Below, in pieces: positions 61,556 to 64,000 of a stretch of 64,000 nucleotides of DNA. How positions within the stretch are numbered: position 1 is the first letter of the stretch; every line of letters begins with the position of its first letter. The notes below the pieces were generated by a model. That model saw only the letters and a program-made list of their open reading frames with translations, ran no database searches and had not been told where the DNA came from. The translations under genes and the position numbers were made by a program. Origin of the DNA: Octopus bimaculoides (lineage: Eukaryota); NCBI RefSeq assembly GCF_001194135.2, contig NC_068989.1, positions 25,413,632 through 25,477,631 on the forward strand, in the 5' to 3' direction.

Positions 61556-62595
61556 TACACACACAGACGCACATGCGCAGGCACGGGAGCCCCACCTCTC
61601 TCTCTCTCTCTCTGTCTCTCTCTCACACACACACACATACAAAGAAATATGTGCTAACGATTACTTTGTCGTATACACAAAGACTCCAATCATCCCTGCA
61701 CACGTAGAAGTTTTTTTTACGAGATATTTACTGGTGAAGGTCCGTTACTTTTATTACACAACCTCACAACCTCACACCCTCACTGTTGACAATGATAGTT
61801 ATTTATGTATTATATATATTATATAATTATATATTATATATAGTTATATATTAAAGTCGGCACTGTATGTCCGCATGCTTAAGAAAAGCTCGCTTCTTAA
61901 CTAGAAAATACTGTGCTCAGTCTGAATTCATGGCATCATGAGCAAGTGTCTTTTATTATAGCTTCATGATCAGTAAAAAAAAAAATGTGTTTGAAAATGA
62001 GCGAACAGAAATCGTATAGAATTATATAAATTTTTCTTTGCCAACAAATTAGTCTATTACCAACTAACACATGATCGCAATATACATATAGTTTACTTCA
62101 TGTCAAGGAGCCAACTTTACTTCATTTTATTTGAAATTAGTAGTTAAATCGCTAATATAATATGACAATACATTCGCAATTAGTCAATATTATTTCGTAG
62201 AAGAGTAATTCTCAAATTTAATGAGAACCAGAAGAGGATAATTATACGATGCGTATTTCGTGGAAAGTTATTTGTATCCTTCAAACGCAAAATATTCTGA
62301 ACTGTTATCGGAAATTGTTATCATATCATTGAATCCATTAGTATTTTGTAAGAGTTGATAGAATGAATTCACATGACATTGTTTTATTTTTTGAAATACA
62401 AATTTGGATAATATAAATATAATTGTTCGTCAACATTTTTAGTTTAATAACAAAACCAATAGAAGCTTAAACGATTGAAATTTATTACTTGCTGAGAGAG
62501 TTATGAAAAGATTGCGTACGCTGAAACATATTAGATGATGAGTAATTCTAAACTAGTTTCTTTGTGTAACAAATTGATAAAGAGATACAGCAAGT

Positions 62596-62596
<1 letters not shown>

Positions 62597-62682
<86 letters not shown>
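62597..62682. repeat. (AG)n microsatellite
   Basis: Read directly; runs into a gap. Confidence 0.95.
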
Positions 62683-62683
<1 letters not shown>

Positions 62684-63295
62684 NNNNNNNNNNNNNNNNN
62701 NNNNNNNNNNNNNNNNNNNNNNNNNNNNNNNNNNNNNNNNNNNNNNNNNNNNNNNNNNNNNNNNNNNNNNNNNNNNNNNNNNNNNNNNNNNNNNNNNNNN
62801 NNNNNNNNNNNNNNNNNNNNNNNNNNNNNNNNNNNNNNNNNNNNNNNNNNNNNNNNNNNNNNNNNNNNNNNNNNNNNNNNNNNNNNNNNNNNNNNNNNNN
62901 NNNNNNNNNNNNNNNNNNNNNNNNNNNNNNNNNNNNNNNNNNNNNNNNNNNNNNNNNNNNNNNNNNNNNNNNNNNNNNNNNNNNNNNNNNNTATATACAT
63001 ATATATATATATACATACACACACATACACATACACATATATATGCATGTGTGTGTGTGTATGTGTGTGTGTGTGTGTATTAAGTCAAAGGAAGTGGGTA
63101 GAGTTTTGAATAATTATTTATTAGCGCTTTCATTTCATTCATTTCGGAAAGTCATCACCTATGCCTTATACAAAATATTTTGCCATTTATATAAATCTGA
63201 ATGAGAATCTTATTTTTGTTATCTAATTGTGTGCATGTATGTGCTGCGTGCGCACAAACGTGTGAATATCTATAAATATGCATCTGTGTGTGCGT

Positions 63296-63340
<45 letters not shown>

Positions 63341-64000
63341 NNNNNNNNNNGTGTGTGCGTGTGTGCGTGCGTGGGTGTGTATGCTGAACCCCTACAGTCT
63401 CGACTAAAGCGAGGAAAACGAGAAACGAGGAGAGAAGGGAAGCGTGAAAGAAAGAGAGAGAGAAATGACAGGAAAAAAGCGATGAAGAAAAAAGAAAACA
63501 TAAAGAAAGAAATGGAAGAAGAAAGAAAGAAAGAGAAAGAGATAGCGAGAGAAAGCGGGGTCTTTTATTTCTCTTTTTTACTGAGATAGCTGTTAGTCTA
63601 TTTTTATGGTCAGACTGTTGAATATATTTACACACAATTGCATACGCAGACAGAAAGTGAAGTAGACGCCTTAGAAAAACCAAAATTGGTATGCACGCAC
63701 ATATATACACACACATATACATAAAGAAAAACACTAACATTCAGATTTATATAGAAGACAAAGTATTTGCTGCAAAAATTATATCTGATGAATCTCGGAA
63801 ATGAATGAAATGAAAGCGCTAATAAGCAATTATCCAAAATTCTGACTACATCCCTTTTCTTAATGCATACATATATACATATGCATATAAAGAGACATAT
63901 ATAAATGGATTTACTGTAGTATCTCTAAGACCTGTTAGAAATCGTGTACGAATGCATTAAAATAGATCAACACAAACACACACACACACACACACACACA

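Noticed and set aside
1192-63109. Long ORFs in the supplied track that span N-runs or microsatellites (poly-X, IYIY, HTHT, CVCV, poly-I/N/R)
   Set aside because: Artefacts of assembly gaps and simple repeats; no coding signal.

Overview
AT-rich, microsatellite-dense, gap-riddled animal DNA (15 N-runs, most abutting simple repeats). Its SINE and LINE content resembles octopus/cephalopod genomes; that assignment is inference from repeat families I recognise, not a database hit. I found no supportable host gene, rRNA, true tRNA or CRISPR array. Nearly all interpretable sequence is decayed transposable elements: mariner (DD34D), maT (DD37D) and Tc1 (DD34E) DNA transposons, Helitron pieces, a same-strand stack of R4/Dong-like REL LINEs at (TAA)n tracts, RTE fragments, several Penelope-like elements (PLEs), two tRNA-derived SINE families and a MITE. 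Highlights: (1) two complete, TSD-flanked ~1.6-1.7 kb elements encoding only a Tx1-type ORF1 plus an unassigned C-terminal segment, with no ORF2 (HAL1-like non-autonomous family), alongside the 5' part of an autonomous-type Tx1 relative; (2) a four-level nested insertion; (3) minimal type-I hammerhead ribozyme motifs, one in a tRNA-headed element arranged as an inverted dimer and two in the inverted terminal repeats of a PLE. Boundaries of decayed fragments are approximate and all alignments were made by eye.
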